NCBI GenBank assembly: GCA_943372285.1 | Contig: CALRYA010000004.1 | Coordinates: 65,517-129,516 of the forward strand | Source of the DNA: Sphingobacterium thalpophilum | Lineage (GTDB): Bacteria > Bacteroidota > Bacteroidia > Chitinophagales > Chitinophagaceae | Direction: 5' to 3' | Length of the DNA stretch: 64,000 nucleotides | Shown here: positions 9,292 to 19,569 of the stretch, piece by piece | Position numbering within the stretch: the stretch's first letter is position 1 | Layout of the letters: the number at the start of each line of letters is the position of its first letter | The notes under the pieces: model-generated | Database searches by the model: none | Seen by the model: the letters and a program-made list of their open reading frames with translations, nothing else | What the model was told of the DNA's origin: nothing | Position numbers and translations under genes: made by a program

Positions 9292-10002
9292 TTAATTATT
9301 ATTATAATATATAAATATTTTAGCCAAATAGTCCTCATTTTTAAGGTTTCCTTTGTTTTCTTTCAAATATTTTTCCATTATTACTCTTTTATCGGCCATC
9401 AATGCTAAAATACTTTCTTTTTCTCTTTTAAATCGAGTCATCACCCCATTTTGAAAAGTATAGAAATCTTCGTACAATCGAAATTCTTTTACAATTTCTC
9501 CAGTAAAATCGTTCTTACGTACATCGATAGTCTTAAACATTGATTTGAGCAAGGAAATTTTGCCATCAGCCAGTACCAGACAAAACATATTGGATTTATA
9601 ATTATCAATTGGAGGAAACCCTGTTTTAAAAAGGAATTTATTTATTCCTAAGTCGGTTGTATCGTAATATGAAACCGATTTTACAAAATCACTTTCTATA
9701 CTGCCTGCTTCATTGGTTGGTGATAGAAAAACTATTTCTTGAGCTACAATATCAATTTTGAATTTTACAGTATTGAATTTTCTGCCATTTTTTAATTCAA
9801 TTTCTCCAAATTGAAAACGATCTATTACGAAAGGAATACCTGCTAAACCCTCATAATTTCTATTAATGGGTTGTCCATTGAAATCTGTAAGGGTTAACTG
9901 GGTATTAAATTTGGCTAGATTTCGAACAGGCTGAGTTTGTGCAGCACTATCAATTAATAAAATACAATTGAATAAAACAATAAACACAATCTTCAAAAAC
10001 AT
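9292..10002 (-). CDS. hypothetical secreted protein
   Basis: 236 aa with an N-terminal signal peptide (MFLKIVFIVLFNCILLIDSAAQ). No recognisable domain. It lies downstream of susD, after a strong terminator. Confidence 0.5.
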   Translation of the reverse strand: MFLKIVFIVLFNCILLIDSAAQTQPVRNLAKFNTQLTLTDFNGQPINRNYEGLAGIPFVIDRFQFGEIELKNGRKFNTVKFKIDIVAQEIVFLSPTNEAGSIESDFVKSVSYYDTTDLGINKFLFKTGFPPIDNYKSNMFCLVLADGKISLLKSMFKTIDVRKNDFTGEIVKEFRLYEDFYTFQNGVMTRFKREKESILALMADKRVIMEKYLKENKGNLKNEDYLAKIFIYYNNN

Positions 10003-10046
10003 ACACCAATTATTAAAGTATAAATCTAATCCATTTACAATAAAAA

Positions 10047-10075
10047 GCGGGCCCTAAAAATAGGGCCCGCGTACT
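10047..10075 (-). terminator. rho-independent terminator after susD
   Basis: gcgggcccta/aaaa/tagggcccgc is a perfect 10-bp GC-rich stem (10047-10070). On the minus strand it is followed by ttttta. Confidence 0.8.
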
Positions 10076-10105
10076 TAAAATTAAACAAGAGAAACTAGAG
10101 ATTCT

Positions 10106-11737
10106 TTATTTAGGATTTTTAACTGGTGCACTTCCAGAAGCAGCTGGGTTATAAACCAACTCATTATCTGGAACATCCCAATAATCTAAATAGCCATATC
10201 TTATAGTCGCATTGGTACTAACAACACCAGTATTGGTTATTGCTACAGCACCAGTTCTGCTTGATGTAGGTTCACTAACACCCCATCTGCGAGCATCGTA
10301 AAAAGAAAGACCACGGAAAGCACAAACAATTCTACGCTCTCTTCTTAGTTCTTCTCTTGCTTGCGCTAGAGTTAAACCAGTTCCAGCAACAGCAGGAAGT
10401 CCGGCACCTTGAAGTGTTCTTACACCATCAATAATAGCTAATCCAGCTTCAATTTGACTTGTATTGATCAAAGCTTCTGCTTTCATTAATTGATTTTCTT
10501 CATAGTCTACTGCAACGTGTAATTCATATGCACCTGGAGTAGATCTTGCATAAACAACTACACCTGGTAAACCTGTTCCACCGTCAACCAATGCCCATCT
10601 TGTAAAATGTGCTTGACCACGATCGGCTTGACCTAAATAAGGGGTTGTAGTTTTTAGATTTTGATCTTTACGTTTGTCGCCAGTTTTAAATTCCTGTGCA
10701 AAACGCTCAGAGATTTTATAAGTAGCTCCACCAGCTAAACTAGAATAAGTTCTTCCCATTACAAACTGACCATTTGTATACAAATCACCTCTAGCATCTG
10801 TACGTGCAGTAAAAATATTATCATTAGCAGTAATTCCTGCATTTGCAAGTGCTAAAACTGCTGTCCAATCTGCATTGGTCATTGTTGCAGTTGTTTTATT
10901 CACCAACAAATTTCTAGCTTTTAAAGAGGCAACATTGCGCTCCAACATAGCAGGAGTTTGTGGCGCACCTTTTCCTACTTGAAAATAAGAAGGAATAATG
11001 CTTGTCAACAAATTAGTATATACTGTAAGATCTGTAGCGGTTTTTGCTGCAGCTACTGCTTTGTCTAAATTTGAATTTGCTTCTTCAATGATCTTCTCTT
11101 TAGTAACATAATTACCGTTTGTTGCAAAAGAAGTATTATTAATTAGGCCTGCATAATATATAGAACCAATTCTGCTATATGCATAACCCTTCCACCAATA
11201 AGCCCATGCTTTAATAGCTGCTTTTTTAGAAGTAGCATCTCCAGTAAAACTTACAGCATCTGCTTTTTCTATCAACAAATTACAAGCACCAATTAAATTG
11301 TACATATGAGACCACTCATAATACAAGAAATTATTTCCTGCTTGTGAATTGACATTTGCTTGACGAACTAATGCATATTGAGTGTTCGGAGAATTTGGAT
11401 TATTTACAGTAGTTCCATTATCATGTGTTACTGAATTTGGGCAACCCAATTGATTTAGGTAAGCATTAGCAGCATCAGCTCCTAATACATCACCCATCAT
11501 TTCATGAAAACCCATTGCTCCACTAAAGAATGGTCCAAATACACCATCGGCATATTTTAAAGTTCTAAAGCCAGTAATATAAACCCCGCCTGTTGCAAAA
11601 GTGGTAATACCAGTTTCAGAATTTAACGCATCAGGAGTTGGGTTATTTGGGTTACTAACCGTTAATTCTTTTTTACAGCTTGCACCTAACAATATTCCAG
11701 CTAGTGCAAAACCATGTATATATTTTTTCAATCTCAT
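10106..11737 (-). CDS. susD: SusD/RagB-family nutrient-binding outer-membrane lipoprotein
   Basis: 543 aa with a lipobox (LLGASC|KK). Size, TPR-like N-terminal region and position directly downstream of a SusC-type gene all fit. Confidence 0.85.
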   Translation of the reverse strand: MRLKKYIHGFALAGILLGASCKKELTVSNPNNPTPDALNSETGITTFATGGVYITGFRTLKYADGVFGPFFSGAMGFHEMMGDVLGADAANAYLNQLGCPNSVTHDNGTTVNNPNSPNTQYALVRQANVNSQAGNNFLYYEWSHMYNLIGACNLLIEKADAVSFTGDATSKKAAIKAWAYWWKGYAYSRIGSIYYAGLINNTSFATNGNYVTKEKIIEEANSNLDKAVAAAKTATDLTVYTNLLTSIIPSYFQVGKGAPQTPAMLERNVASLKARNLLVNKTTATMTNADWTAVLALANAGITANDNIFTARTDARGDLYTNGQFVMGRTYSSLAGGATYKISERFAQEFKTGDKRKDQNLKTTTPYLGQADRGQAHFTRWALVDGGTGLPGVVVYARSTPGAYELHVAVDYEENQLMKAEALINTSQIEAGLAIIDGVRTLQGAGLPAVAGTGLTLAQAREELRRERRIVCAFRGLSFYDARRWGVSEPTSSRTGAVAITNTGVVSTNATIRYGYLDYWDVPDNELVYNPAASGSAPVKNPK

Positions 11738-11754
11738 TTTATAAAATTTAAAGG

Positions 11755-14700
11755 TTAAAATCCAATATTAAGGCCAATCATATAGCTTTTGATATTTGGA
11801 ATAGTATTGTGATCTACTGCACGATCCCATGCTGAATTGTTTGTTCCAGAGCTAACCTCAGGATCATATCCAGTATACTTTGTGAAAGTTGCAATATTTC
11901 TTCCTGATAATACCAATTGCAATTTGTTGATTCCTTTGATATGAACAAATTTTGCAAAATCTACACCAATAGAAATATTACGCAATCTCCAAAAAGAAGC
12001 ATCTTCCATGAAATAACTCTTTGTACCATTAGCCGCACGAACAGCATAAGCTCCGCGATAAAATGCAGACCAAGCTTCTGTTTGACCATCAATATTGATA
12101 GGAACACTATAATCAGCATGAATACCATCACGATACATCCATTGCTTAGTTTGGTTGTATAAATTACTACCACTTACCCAATCCCATTGCATACCAAGTG
12201 TTATTATGCCTTTATATGAAGCACTGTTGATGAAAGCCATGTTAAAGTTAGGATTTGGATCACCTAATCCGAAACGATCAGCAGAAGCATAAGGTTGACG
12301 AGTTGTTTTATTTACAACATAACCATTGCTTGCTACTACATAGTCTTTTTGTTCAGCAACTGGAATAATTGGTCTGCCATTTGGATCTAACTCCCCAATT
12401 GATCTAGGGAAAATATATCCATAAATTTGACCGATTTGCTCTCCAGCTCTAATGATATATTGTGAGCTACCAGCAGCAGATTGCTTGATAATTTCAGCAC
12501 CATTCAATACTTGATCTACATAAGATTTTTGCTTACTAAAGTTAGCAGTGAAATCCCAGTTCCAGTCTTTATTACGGTAAACATTTAAGTTTAATGAAGC
12601 TTGAATTCCATTAGACTTTAAAGTCATAGAGTTGGTCAACTGACGACCAATACCAATACTTGGTGCAACATCTACACGATCAATTACATTTTCAGAAGTT
12701 CTATTCCAATAAGTAAAAGAAAGTCCAGCATTGCTAAACCAATTACCCTTGCCTAGTTTAAATCCAAAATCTGTACCGATTTCTAATTCTTTCGCAACTT
12801 CTACCTGTAAATTAGGGTTAGCGTTTGCAATTGGAGTAGATAAACCTGTTTGATTTCCGATAGTAGCAGTTGTTAAGATAGGGAAACGATCGTAAGCACC
12901 TGGTTGAATTCCAGCCTCACCATATGCAGCACGCAATTTCCATTCATTAATTACTTTACTGATACTTGCATTTTGCCAGAAATTAAAGCTAGAAGGTCTT
13001 AAGTAGAAATCTCCGCGAGGGAAAGTAAACGGCGTAGATCCTTGACCAAAAGCAGATGAATAATCTGAACGTAAGCCAGCACTGATACCAGCAAATTCAC
13101 CCCAGTCAAAATGTTGGTTTACTAAAACACCATAGGTTACAAATTGAGAAATCTGGTCTCTAGCAATGCTATACACAGCCATATTACTTGCTCTGTAAGG
13201 AGTAAAGTCTGGTGCATTTGAACCGTAGGTCCAATAATCTGTTGTCTTGCTATTTCTGTAATCCCATCCTACTAATGTGGTAGATCTTAATGGAATATTT
13301 AATTTAAAATCTTTCTCAAAGTCAAACTTAATGTTTGCATTTGCAGTAAAGTTTTGGAAAGTACTTGTAAATGCTCTCTCATTGATTTCACCAGACTCAC
13401 TTCCTGTTGTAGGAGAAGCAAATGAAGTTCTTGGAGAATAAAACTCTGCCCAATACTGCCAGAACTCTGCACCTTCATTTCCAATTTGATCTTTAATTTC
13501 ATAACGAGAATTGTAAGTGCTTCTGTTGATACCATATTTAGCATCTAATTCCACAAAACGATTCAAACGATAGTTTAAATTAAAGTTTTGTATCAAATCA
13601 ATTGTTTGATCAGAAACATTGGCATTTTCAACTACATAATTAAAATTATATCCATTTACACCAACTGCATCCCCAAAATATGGAGACATTTTTCCTTGAG
13701 CATCACGATCTAAATAATTTGCAAATGGACGAGAGTTGTTGATTGCATACAACATATTTCTTCCAGAAGGATCCAATTGGGTATCATTGGTTCTAACCAC
13801 CTGAGTGATAGAACGAAACTTTAATCCCTTAGCCAATTCCACTCCAATATTTGCAGTTAAATTGGTTCTTGCATAATCTCCATTGTTTTTAAACACAGTT
13901 TCTTGACGAGAATCTGTTAATAAAAATGAGAAGTCTGTTTTTTCAGTTGCACCGCTGATATTGATCGAATTATTAAAAGCTTTTGCTTTTTTAAAGAACA
14001 TATCATAGTGATCGTACCAAAGCAAATTCTTATTGTAAGGTTGATTTGACTTACTTGTAGGAGATATCAAATTAAACACAGGATTGGTTAAGTATGATCC
14101 AGTAGTTTTATCGAAAGACAATGGAACACCACCACCACTAACAACTTCTCCTGCAGCATTAACTGCAAATGAATGTGTTTGTGATTTATTTACATTTCCA
14201 ACATTAAGTAATTCGTTAGTAACCATATTAGAAGATACATTGATACTTACTTTACCCATTTTTCCTTTTTTAGAAAACAACTGGATAACTCCGTTAGCAC
14301 CTTGAGCACCATATAAAGTACTAGCAGCAGGTCCTTGAACAACCTCTACTCTTTCAATTCCGTTTAAATCCAAATTTTCTAATCCTGTAGAAGCAATTTG
14401 AATACCATCCAATAAAATCATCGGAGCAGTAGAACCATTGATAGAGTTAATACCTCTTAAAAGGATTTGAGTTGGAGAACCTGGGCTACCGTTTGTTGTA
14501 CTAATTTGAGCACCAGCAATTTTACCTACTAATGCACTACCAATATCTACTGTAGGAACAGCAGGCATTTTATCAGCAGTTATTGCTTCAACAGCAATCG
14601 CTAGTTTTTTCTTACTTGTGGCAACACCAACTCCAGTTACTACTACTTCGCTTAATGCTTTTGTATCAGTAACCATTTTAACTAGTAAATTGCTAGATTT

Positions 14701-14952
14701 AGCACTTACTTCTTGGTTTTCAAATCCAATTTCAGAAATAATCAGGGTTGCTCCTGATTTTACCTTAATAGAAAAAGAGCCGTTTGCATCGGCACTAACA
14801 CCATTCTTGGTGCCTTTTTCAATAACAGAAGCTCCAGAGAGAGCATTTCCTTTGTCGTCTACTACTTTTCCAGTAATAGTAGTTGTTTGTGCCAAACCAG
14901 TCGCAAGGACTAATAAGAAGGCACAAAAACTCATCAGCAGTTTTTTTCTCAT
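11755..14952 (-). CDS. susC: SusC/RagA-family TonB-dependent outer-membrane transporter
   Basis: 1065 aa. Signal peptide, carboxypeptidase-regulatory-like domain (ITGKVVDDKGNALSGASV...NGSFSI), plug domain (ERVEVVQGPAASTLYGAQGANGVI) and a barrel ending in ...IGLNIGF. Confidence 0.9.
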   Translation of the reverse strand: MRKKLLMSFCAFLLVLATGLAQTTTITGKVVDDKGNALSGASVIEKGTKNGVSADANGSFSIKVKSGATLIISEIGFENQEVSAKSSNLLVKMVTDTKALSEVVVTGVGVATSKKKLAIAVEAITADKMPAVPTVDIGSALVGKIAGAQISTTNGSPGSPTQILLRGINSINGSTAPMILLDGIQIASTGLENLDLNGIERVEVVQGPAASTLYGAQGANGVIQLFSKKGKMGKVSINVSSNMVTNELLNVGNVNKSQTHSFAVNAAGEVVSGGGVPLSFDKTTGSYLTNPVFNLISPTSKSNQPYNKNLLWYDHYDMFFKKAKAFNNSINISGATEKTDFSFLLTDSRQETVFKNNGDYARTNLTANIGVELAKGLKFRSITQVVRTNDTQLDPSGRNMLYAINNSRPFANYLDRDAQGKMSPYFGDAVGVNGYNFNYVVENANVSDQTIDLIQNFNLNYRLNRFVELDAKYGINRSTYNSRYEIKDQIGNEGAEFWQYWAEFYSPRTSFASPTTGSESGEINERAFTSTFQNFTANANIKFDFEKDFKLNIPLRSTTLVGWDYRNSKTTDYWTYGSNAPDFTPYRASNMAVYSIARDQISQFVTYGVLVNQHFDWGEFAGISAGLRSDYSSAFGQGSTPFTFPRGDFYLRPSSFNFWQNASISKVINEWKLRAAYGEAGIQPGAYDRFPILTTATIGNQTGLSTPIANANPNLQVEVAKELEIGTDFGFKLGKGNWFSNAGLSFTYWNRTSENVIDRVDVAPSIGIGRQLTNSMTLKSNGIQASLNLNVYRNKDWNWDFTANFSKQKSYVDQVLNGAEIIKQSAAGSSQYIIRAGEQIGQIYGYIFPRSIGELDPNGRPIIPVAEQKDYVVASNGYVVNKTTRQPYASADRFGLGDPNPNFNMAFINSASYKGIITLGMQWDWVSGSNLYNQTKQWMYRDGIHADYSVPINIDGQTEAWSAFYRGAYAVRAANGTKSYFMEDASFWRLRNISIGVDFAKFVHIKGINKLQLVLSGRNIATFTKYTGYDPEVSSGTNNSAWDRAVDHNTIPNIKSYMIGLNIGF

Positions 14953-15485
14953 GTAATTAATTTTAGGTAAATAGACCTTTTATCAGGTCATTTGACCATC
15001 TAAATAACTAAATAGCTGCTCAAAAACGTTAACAGTTTATTAATTTTAAGGTTTTTTTAATGTCATAAAATGAACAATTGTTAGTTTTTATAATTTTCTT
15101 CGAAGAAATCTACAAACGTCTAAATTCAATACAGCGCTGCATTTCCGAGGAAAATTGATCCCAATAAATTGGATTATTTCGATATTCCGTTTAGCTATAT
15201 TTGCTATTTAATCAAACAAAAACATTTTTGAGATTTTGCCAAAAATTGGGCCTCTTTTGGGTAAAAGTCCAAAACAAATCGGTGTATTCCGATTAATTCT
15301 GTGTTTTAATATAACTTTTAATCACATGCGATTTAATTACAATATATAAACCTTTTAAAAAAATTACTCCCTTTTTAAAATGCCTTTATGATCTGCCTTA
15401 TTTATGAATAGTTTGAAAAATTAATTTTGAGATGTGGCCCATTATTGTAATTTAGTGGTAGAATTTAATGGGTTAGTAAGTAATG

Positions 15486-15520
15486 GGGCCAGCAGCAATG
15501 TTGGCCCTTTTGCTTTTATA
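15486..15520 (+). terminator. intrinsic-terminator-like hairpin 23 nt upstream of radA
   Basis: gggccagca / GCAA / tgttggccc is a 9-bp stem with a GNRA tetraloop, followed by ttttgctttt. Its 5' arm can alternatively pair with tggcccatta at 15435-15444. Confidence 0.55.
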
Positions 15521-15542
15521 GAATACCTCCTATTTTACACCT

Positions 15543-16916
15543 ATGAGCAAAATAAAAACCGCGTTTTTCTGCAATAATTGTGGTTATGAAAGTACCAAAT
15601 GGATTGGCAAGTGTCCTTCATGTAATGAATGGAATACTTTTACCCAAGAAGTGATTCATAGTGGCGATGCAAAAGAAAAAACTACATGGGAAGATTATCC
15701 TGAAATAAAAAAAATTACCAAGACGGTAGCATTAAGTGATGTTACTGTACAAGAAGAAAAAAGAATTGTAACCAAAGACTCCGAATTAAACAGGGTGCTT
15801 GGTGGTGGAATTGTTCCAGGCAGTTTAATTTTAGTTGCTGGTGAACCAGGCATTGGAAAAAGTACTTTGTTTTTACAAAACGGACTACATATTAATCAAC
15901 TTCGTGTTTTGTATATCAGTGGAGAAGAAAGTGAGCAACAAATAAAAATGCGCGCCGACCGATTAAAAATTGTCAATGATAATTTTTACTTACTAACGGA
16001 AACAGATACAACCATCATTTTCAAAGAAATCAAAAAACTAAAACCACAATTAGTAATTGTAGATTCCATTCAAACCATTCAATCAAATTTAATTGATTCA
16101 TCGGCAGGAACAGTTTCTCAAATCAGGGAATGCGCTGCAGCTTTTCAACGTTTTGCAAAAGAAACCAATACGCCTGTTTTTTTAATCGGGCATATTACTA
16201 AAGATGGTGCCATTGCTGGTCCAAAAATTTTAGAGCATATGGTAGATACTGTTTTGCAATTTGAAGGAGATCGACATTATGCTTACAGAATATTACGCAC
16301 GCTTAAAAACAGATTTGGTAGCACATCGGAATTAGGTATATATGAAATGACAGGAGAAGGAATGCGAATTGTTACCAATCCTTCTGAAATATTAATTGCA
16401 CAAAGAGAAGAAGTACTCAGCGGAAGTGCTATTGCAGCTGCATTAGAAGGCATGAGGCCTTTATTGATTGAAGTACAAGCTTTGGTTACTACGAGTGTAT
16501 ATGGTACGCCGCAAAGAACAGTTACCGGATTCGACTTAAGACGTTTGCAATTATTATTAGCGGTATTAGAAAAAAGAGGTGGCTTTCAATTTGGCATGAA
16601 AGATGTTTTTGTAAATATTGCTGGAGGAATAAAAATTGAAGACCCTTCAATTGATTTAGCAGTGATATGTGCATTGCTTTCTTCTTATGAAGACAATCCA
16701 CTTCCAAAAGCAGTTTGTTTTGCAGGTGAAGTAGGATTGAATGGAGAAATCAGAGCGGTAAACAGAATTGAACAACGCATTGCTGAAGCACAAAAATTGG
16801 GATTTGAAAAAATCATCGTATCGCGTTACAATAAAAAAAGTTTCGACCCCAAAAATTATACCATACAAGTAGTTGCGCTCAGCCGAGTGGATGAAGTATA
16901 TCAACAATTGTTTTAA
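15543..16916 (+). CDS. radA: DNA repair protein RadA/Sms
   Basis: 457 aa. N-terminal zinc finger CNNCGYESTKWIGKCPSCNEW, Walker A GEPGIGKST, a KNRFG motif and a Lon-like C-terminal domain. Confidence 0.92.
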   Translation: MSKIKTAFFCNNCGYESTKWIGKCPSCNEWNTFTQEVIHSGDAKEKTTWEDYPEIKKITKTVALSDVTVQEEKRIVTKDSELNRVLGGGIVPGSLILVAGEPGIGKSTLFLQNGLHINQLRVLYISGEESEQQIKMRADRLKIVNDNFYLLTETDTTIIFKEIKKLKPQLVIVDSIQTIQSNLIDSSAGTVSQIRECAAAFQRFAKETNTPVFLIGHITKDGAIAGPKILEHMVDTVLQFEGDRHYAYRILRTLKNRFGSTSELGIYEMTGEGMRIVTNPSEILIAQREEVLSGSAIAAALEGMRPLLIEVQALVTTSVYGTPQRTVTGFDLRRLQLLLAVLEKRGGFQFGMKDVFVNIAGGIKIEDPSIDLAVICALLSSYEDNPLPKAVCFAGEVGLNGEIRAVNRIEQRIAEAQKLGFEKIIVSRYNKKSFDPKNYTIQVVALSRVDEVYQQLF

Positions 16917-16986
16917 TCCGTTAAAAAACAATTTAATCTTCGGTTTACACGTAAATTATCAACCTGATTTGTGATGAAATTTGCGC

Positions 16987-17688
16987 ATGATTTCATCTCT
17001 TCAAAAAATCCATTCTGCTATTCAGCATTTATTGTATCCGCATTTTTGTTGTGGATGCGGAGTAGATTTTATTAGCACCAAAGAATTCTTGTGTGCAAAA
17101 TGCAATAGTCAATTACCGCTAACTCAATTCAGCCATATCCCTTTCAACCCCATCGAAAAAATCTTGATTGGTAGATTGCCATTTGTTGCTGCTGGATCGA
17201 TGTATTATTTCACCAAATCAAGTTTATTGCAACATTTATTGGTTCAATTAAAATACAATAACAACAAAGAAGTTGGATATTTTTTTGGTAGACAATTAGG
17301 ACAATTATTAAAAACATCCAATCGATTTAATTCGATTGATTGTATTGTTTCGCTACCCCTTCATCCCAAAAAAGAGTACCAACGAGGCTATAACCAAGCA
17401 GACCTGATTGCAGATGGAATCAGCTCCATTTGGCCAAAAAAGGTACTCAAAAAGAATATTTCGAGGTTAATTTTCACCAAAACCCAGACGCAAGAGAGCC
17501 GAATCAGCCGCTGGGAAAATATGGAGGGTGTATTTGAAGTGAGGAATCCGGATTCCTTAAGAGGTAAGCATGTACTGTTAATAGATGATGTAATTACCAC
17601 TGGAGCTTCCCTCGAAGCTTGCGGACTAGCAATTTTGGCTGTTCCGGGTACCCAATTGAGTATTGCTACAGTAGCATATACTATTTAA
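16987..17688 (+). CDS. comF: ComF-family protein (phosphoribosyltransferase domain)
   Basis: Cys-rich N-terminus (CCGCG...CAKC) and a PRTase motif VLLIDDVITTGASL. I prefer the ATG at 16987 over the TTG at 16981 used by the ORF track. Confidence 0.8.
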   Translation: MISSLQKIHSAIQHLLYPHFCCGCGVDFISTKEFLCAKCNSQLPLTQFSHIPFNPIEKILIGRLPFVAAGSMYYFTKSSLLQHLLVQLKYNNNKEVGYFFGRQLGQLLKTSNRFNSIDCIVSLPLHPKKEYQRGYNQADLIADGISSIWPKKVLKKNISRLIFTKTQTQESRISRWENMEGVFEVRNPDSLRGKHVLLIDDVITTGASLEACGLAILAVPGTQLSIATVAYTI

Positions 17689-17722
17689 AACTTAATACAT
17701 ATATTGAATTAGTATTAACTTC

Positions 17723-18277
17723 ATGGTCCAAAAAAATAATCAAATGAAACTTTTAACAGCCATCGCCTCTTTTATAATGATGAGTGCTTTTACATTTCCA
17801 TCAAATCCATCCATACATAGCTTTAAAGTAAAATCCATTGAAGGTAAAACCATTGATTTTTCCAGCTTTAAAGGAAAGAAAATCTTAGTGGTAAATACTG
17901 CATCTAAATGCGGATACACTCCTCAATACGAAGCTTTACAAAAAGTGTATGAGCAATACAAAGACAAAATGGTTATTGTGGGTTTTCCTGCCAATAATTT
18001 CGGTGGACAAGAACCAGGAACTGATGCTGAAGTACAAGAATTTTGTAAAGCAAGATTTGGCGTAACATTTCCTTTGGCAAGTAAAGTAAGTGTAAAAGGA
18101 GATGATATGGCTCCCATTTACAAATGGCTCACTTCAAAAACAGAGAATGGTGTGATGGATGCAGAGATCAAATGGAATTTTGGTAAATTTTTATTGGATG
18201 AAAAAGGAAACTTATTACAATATTTTCCGAGCGCAGTAAAACCAGATAGCGAAGAAATTTTGAAGTACATTAAATAA
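17723..18277 (+). CDS. glutathione peroxidase (Cys type) with signal peptide
   Basis: 184 aa with VVNTASKCGYTPQYEALQ, FPANNFGGQEP and KWNFGKFL motifs. Confidence 0.88.
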   Translation: MVQKNNQMKLLTAIASFIMMSAFTFPSNPSIHSFKVKSIEGKTIDFSSFKGKKILVVNTASKCGYTPQYEALQKVYEQYKDKMVIVGFPANNFGGQEPGTDAEVQEFCKARFGVTFPLASKVSVKGDDMAPIYKWLTSKTENGVMDAEIKWNFGKFLLDEKGNLLQYFPSAVKPDSEEILKYIK

Positions 18278-18304
18278 TACAATTAAGTACTTTCGTTTAA
18301 ATAA

Positions 18305-18331
18305 AGAGAATGTAAATGCATTCTCTTTTTT
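18305..18331 (+). terminator. rho-independent terminator after the glutathione peroxidase gene
   Basis: agagaatg / taaatg / cattctct stem-loop followed by tttttt. Confidence 0.7.
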
Positions 18332-18352
18332 ATTAATTGAATAATCATTTGA

Positions 18353-19552
18353 ATGTTATTTTCTGAAGTAATCGGGCAATCTACTACCAAACAACACCTC
18401 GCAGAAATGGTGGAGCAAAATAGGTTGAGTCATGCTTTGCTTTTTTTAGGGAAAGAAGGAGTGGGTGGTTTGCCATTGGCCATGGCATTTGCACAATACA
18501 TTGTCAGCTTGCCACCCGATGCACCATTGGTAGAAGATCTTTTTGGCGGTATGACTGCTTTGGCTCCCTCTGCAGGTTTTATTCATCCAGATCAAATAGA
18601 CCAACAGCCTTCTTTTCAAAGAGCTGCTCAATTAATTCACCCCGATTTACATTTTACTTATCCAGTAATTACCAAAAAACCTGGAGAGAAACCTACCAGC
18701 GCAGATTATATTGAAGAGTGGAGACACTTTATACAATCACATCCTTATGGAAATGTGTACGACTGGTTACAAAGTATTGGCGCTGAAAATAAACAAGGAA
18801 ATATTACCGCAGAAGAATGCAATAGTATTATTCGTTCACTTAGCTTAAAAAGTTTTGAAAGTAAATACAAAGTATTGCTATTATGGTTACCAGAATACCT
18901 GGGTAAAGAAGGAAATAAATTATTGAAACTCATCGAAGAACCGCCGCCAAATACCTTGTTTATTCTGGTTGCAGAAAATGAGGAATTGATACTTCCTACT
19001 ATTTTAAGCAGGTGTCAACTGGTAAGAATTCCTTCTTTAGAAGATACAGAAATTGAAACTTCACTAATAGTAAGAGCAAAAGCCAGTCCGGAAATTGCCA
19101 AACAAATCAGTGCAATTTGCGAAGGAAATTATAGAGAAGCCCTTCAATTATTGCAACATGCCGATGAAGATTGGCATAGCTTATTAAAAGAATGGTTGAA
19201 TGCCATGCTTAAAAAAGGACCTGCTGCTCAAGTACTATTTGTAGAAGAAATAAGCAAATTGGGTCGAGAGAAACAAAAACAGTTTCTTCGTTATTTCAAT
19301 CATTTACTAGAACAAAGCATCCGAATCAGGGTTTTGGGTGAAAATGGAGTGAATCAAGGTGAAAATGAGCTGGATTTTGCCAAAAGACTCAATAAAATTG
19401 CTTCTGTGAGTCAACAAGAAGCGATTATTGAGGAATTAGATAAGGCTTCTTATTATATAGAACGCAATGCCAACGCTAAAATGCTCTTTCAAGCACTCAC
19501 CATTAAACTATACCATATCATTCAGAACAAAACCCTAATTTTGAATAGCTGA
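18353..19552 (+). CDS. holB: DNA polymerase III delta-prime subunit-like (AAA+ clamp-loader subunit)
   Basis: 399 aa with LSHALLFLGKEGVGGLPLAMAFAQYI, LLKLIEEPP and SRCQ motifs. It is followed by a PSP1-domain gene, as in the holB-yaaT arrangement of Bacillus. Confidence 0.75.
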   Translation: MLFSEVIGQSTTKQHLAEMVEQNRLSHALLFLGKEGVGGLPLAMAFAQYIVSLPPDAPLVEDLFGGMTALAPSAGFIHPDQIDQQPSFQRAAQLIHPDLHFTYPVITKKPGEKPTSADYIEEWRHFIQSHPYGNVYDWLQSIGAENKQGNITAEECNSIIRSLSLKSFESKYKVLLLWLPEYLGKEGNKLLKLIEEPPPNTLFILVAENEELILPTILSRCQLVRIPSLEDTEIETSLIVRAKASPEIAKQISAICEGNYREALQLLQHADEDWHSLLKEWLNAMLKKGPAAQVLFVEEISKLGREKQKQFLRYFNHLLEQSIRIRVLGENGVNQGENELDFAKRLNKIASVSQQEAIIEELDKASYYIERNANAKMLFQALTIKLYHIIQNKTLILNS

Positions 19553-19569
19553 AAATTTAATTAGAAGAT

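Noticed and set aside
11917-14956. Several 70-112-aa ORFs on both strands inside susC (for example 14618-14956 on the plus strand)
   Set aside because: They are embedded in or antisense to a 1065-aa TonB-dependent transporter ORF with strong family signatures, and show no independent evidence of coding.
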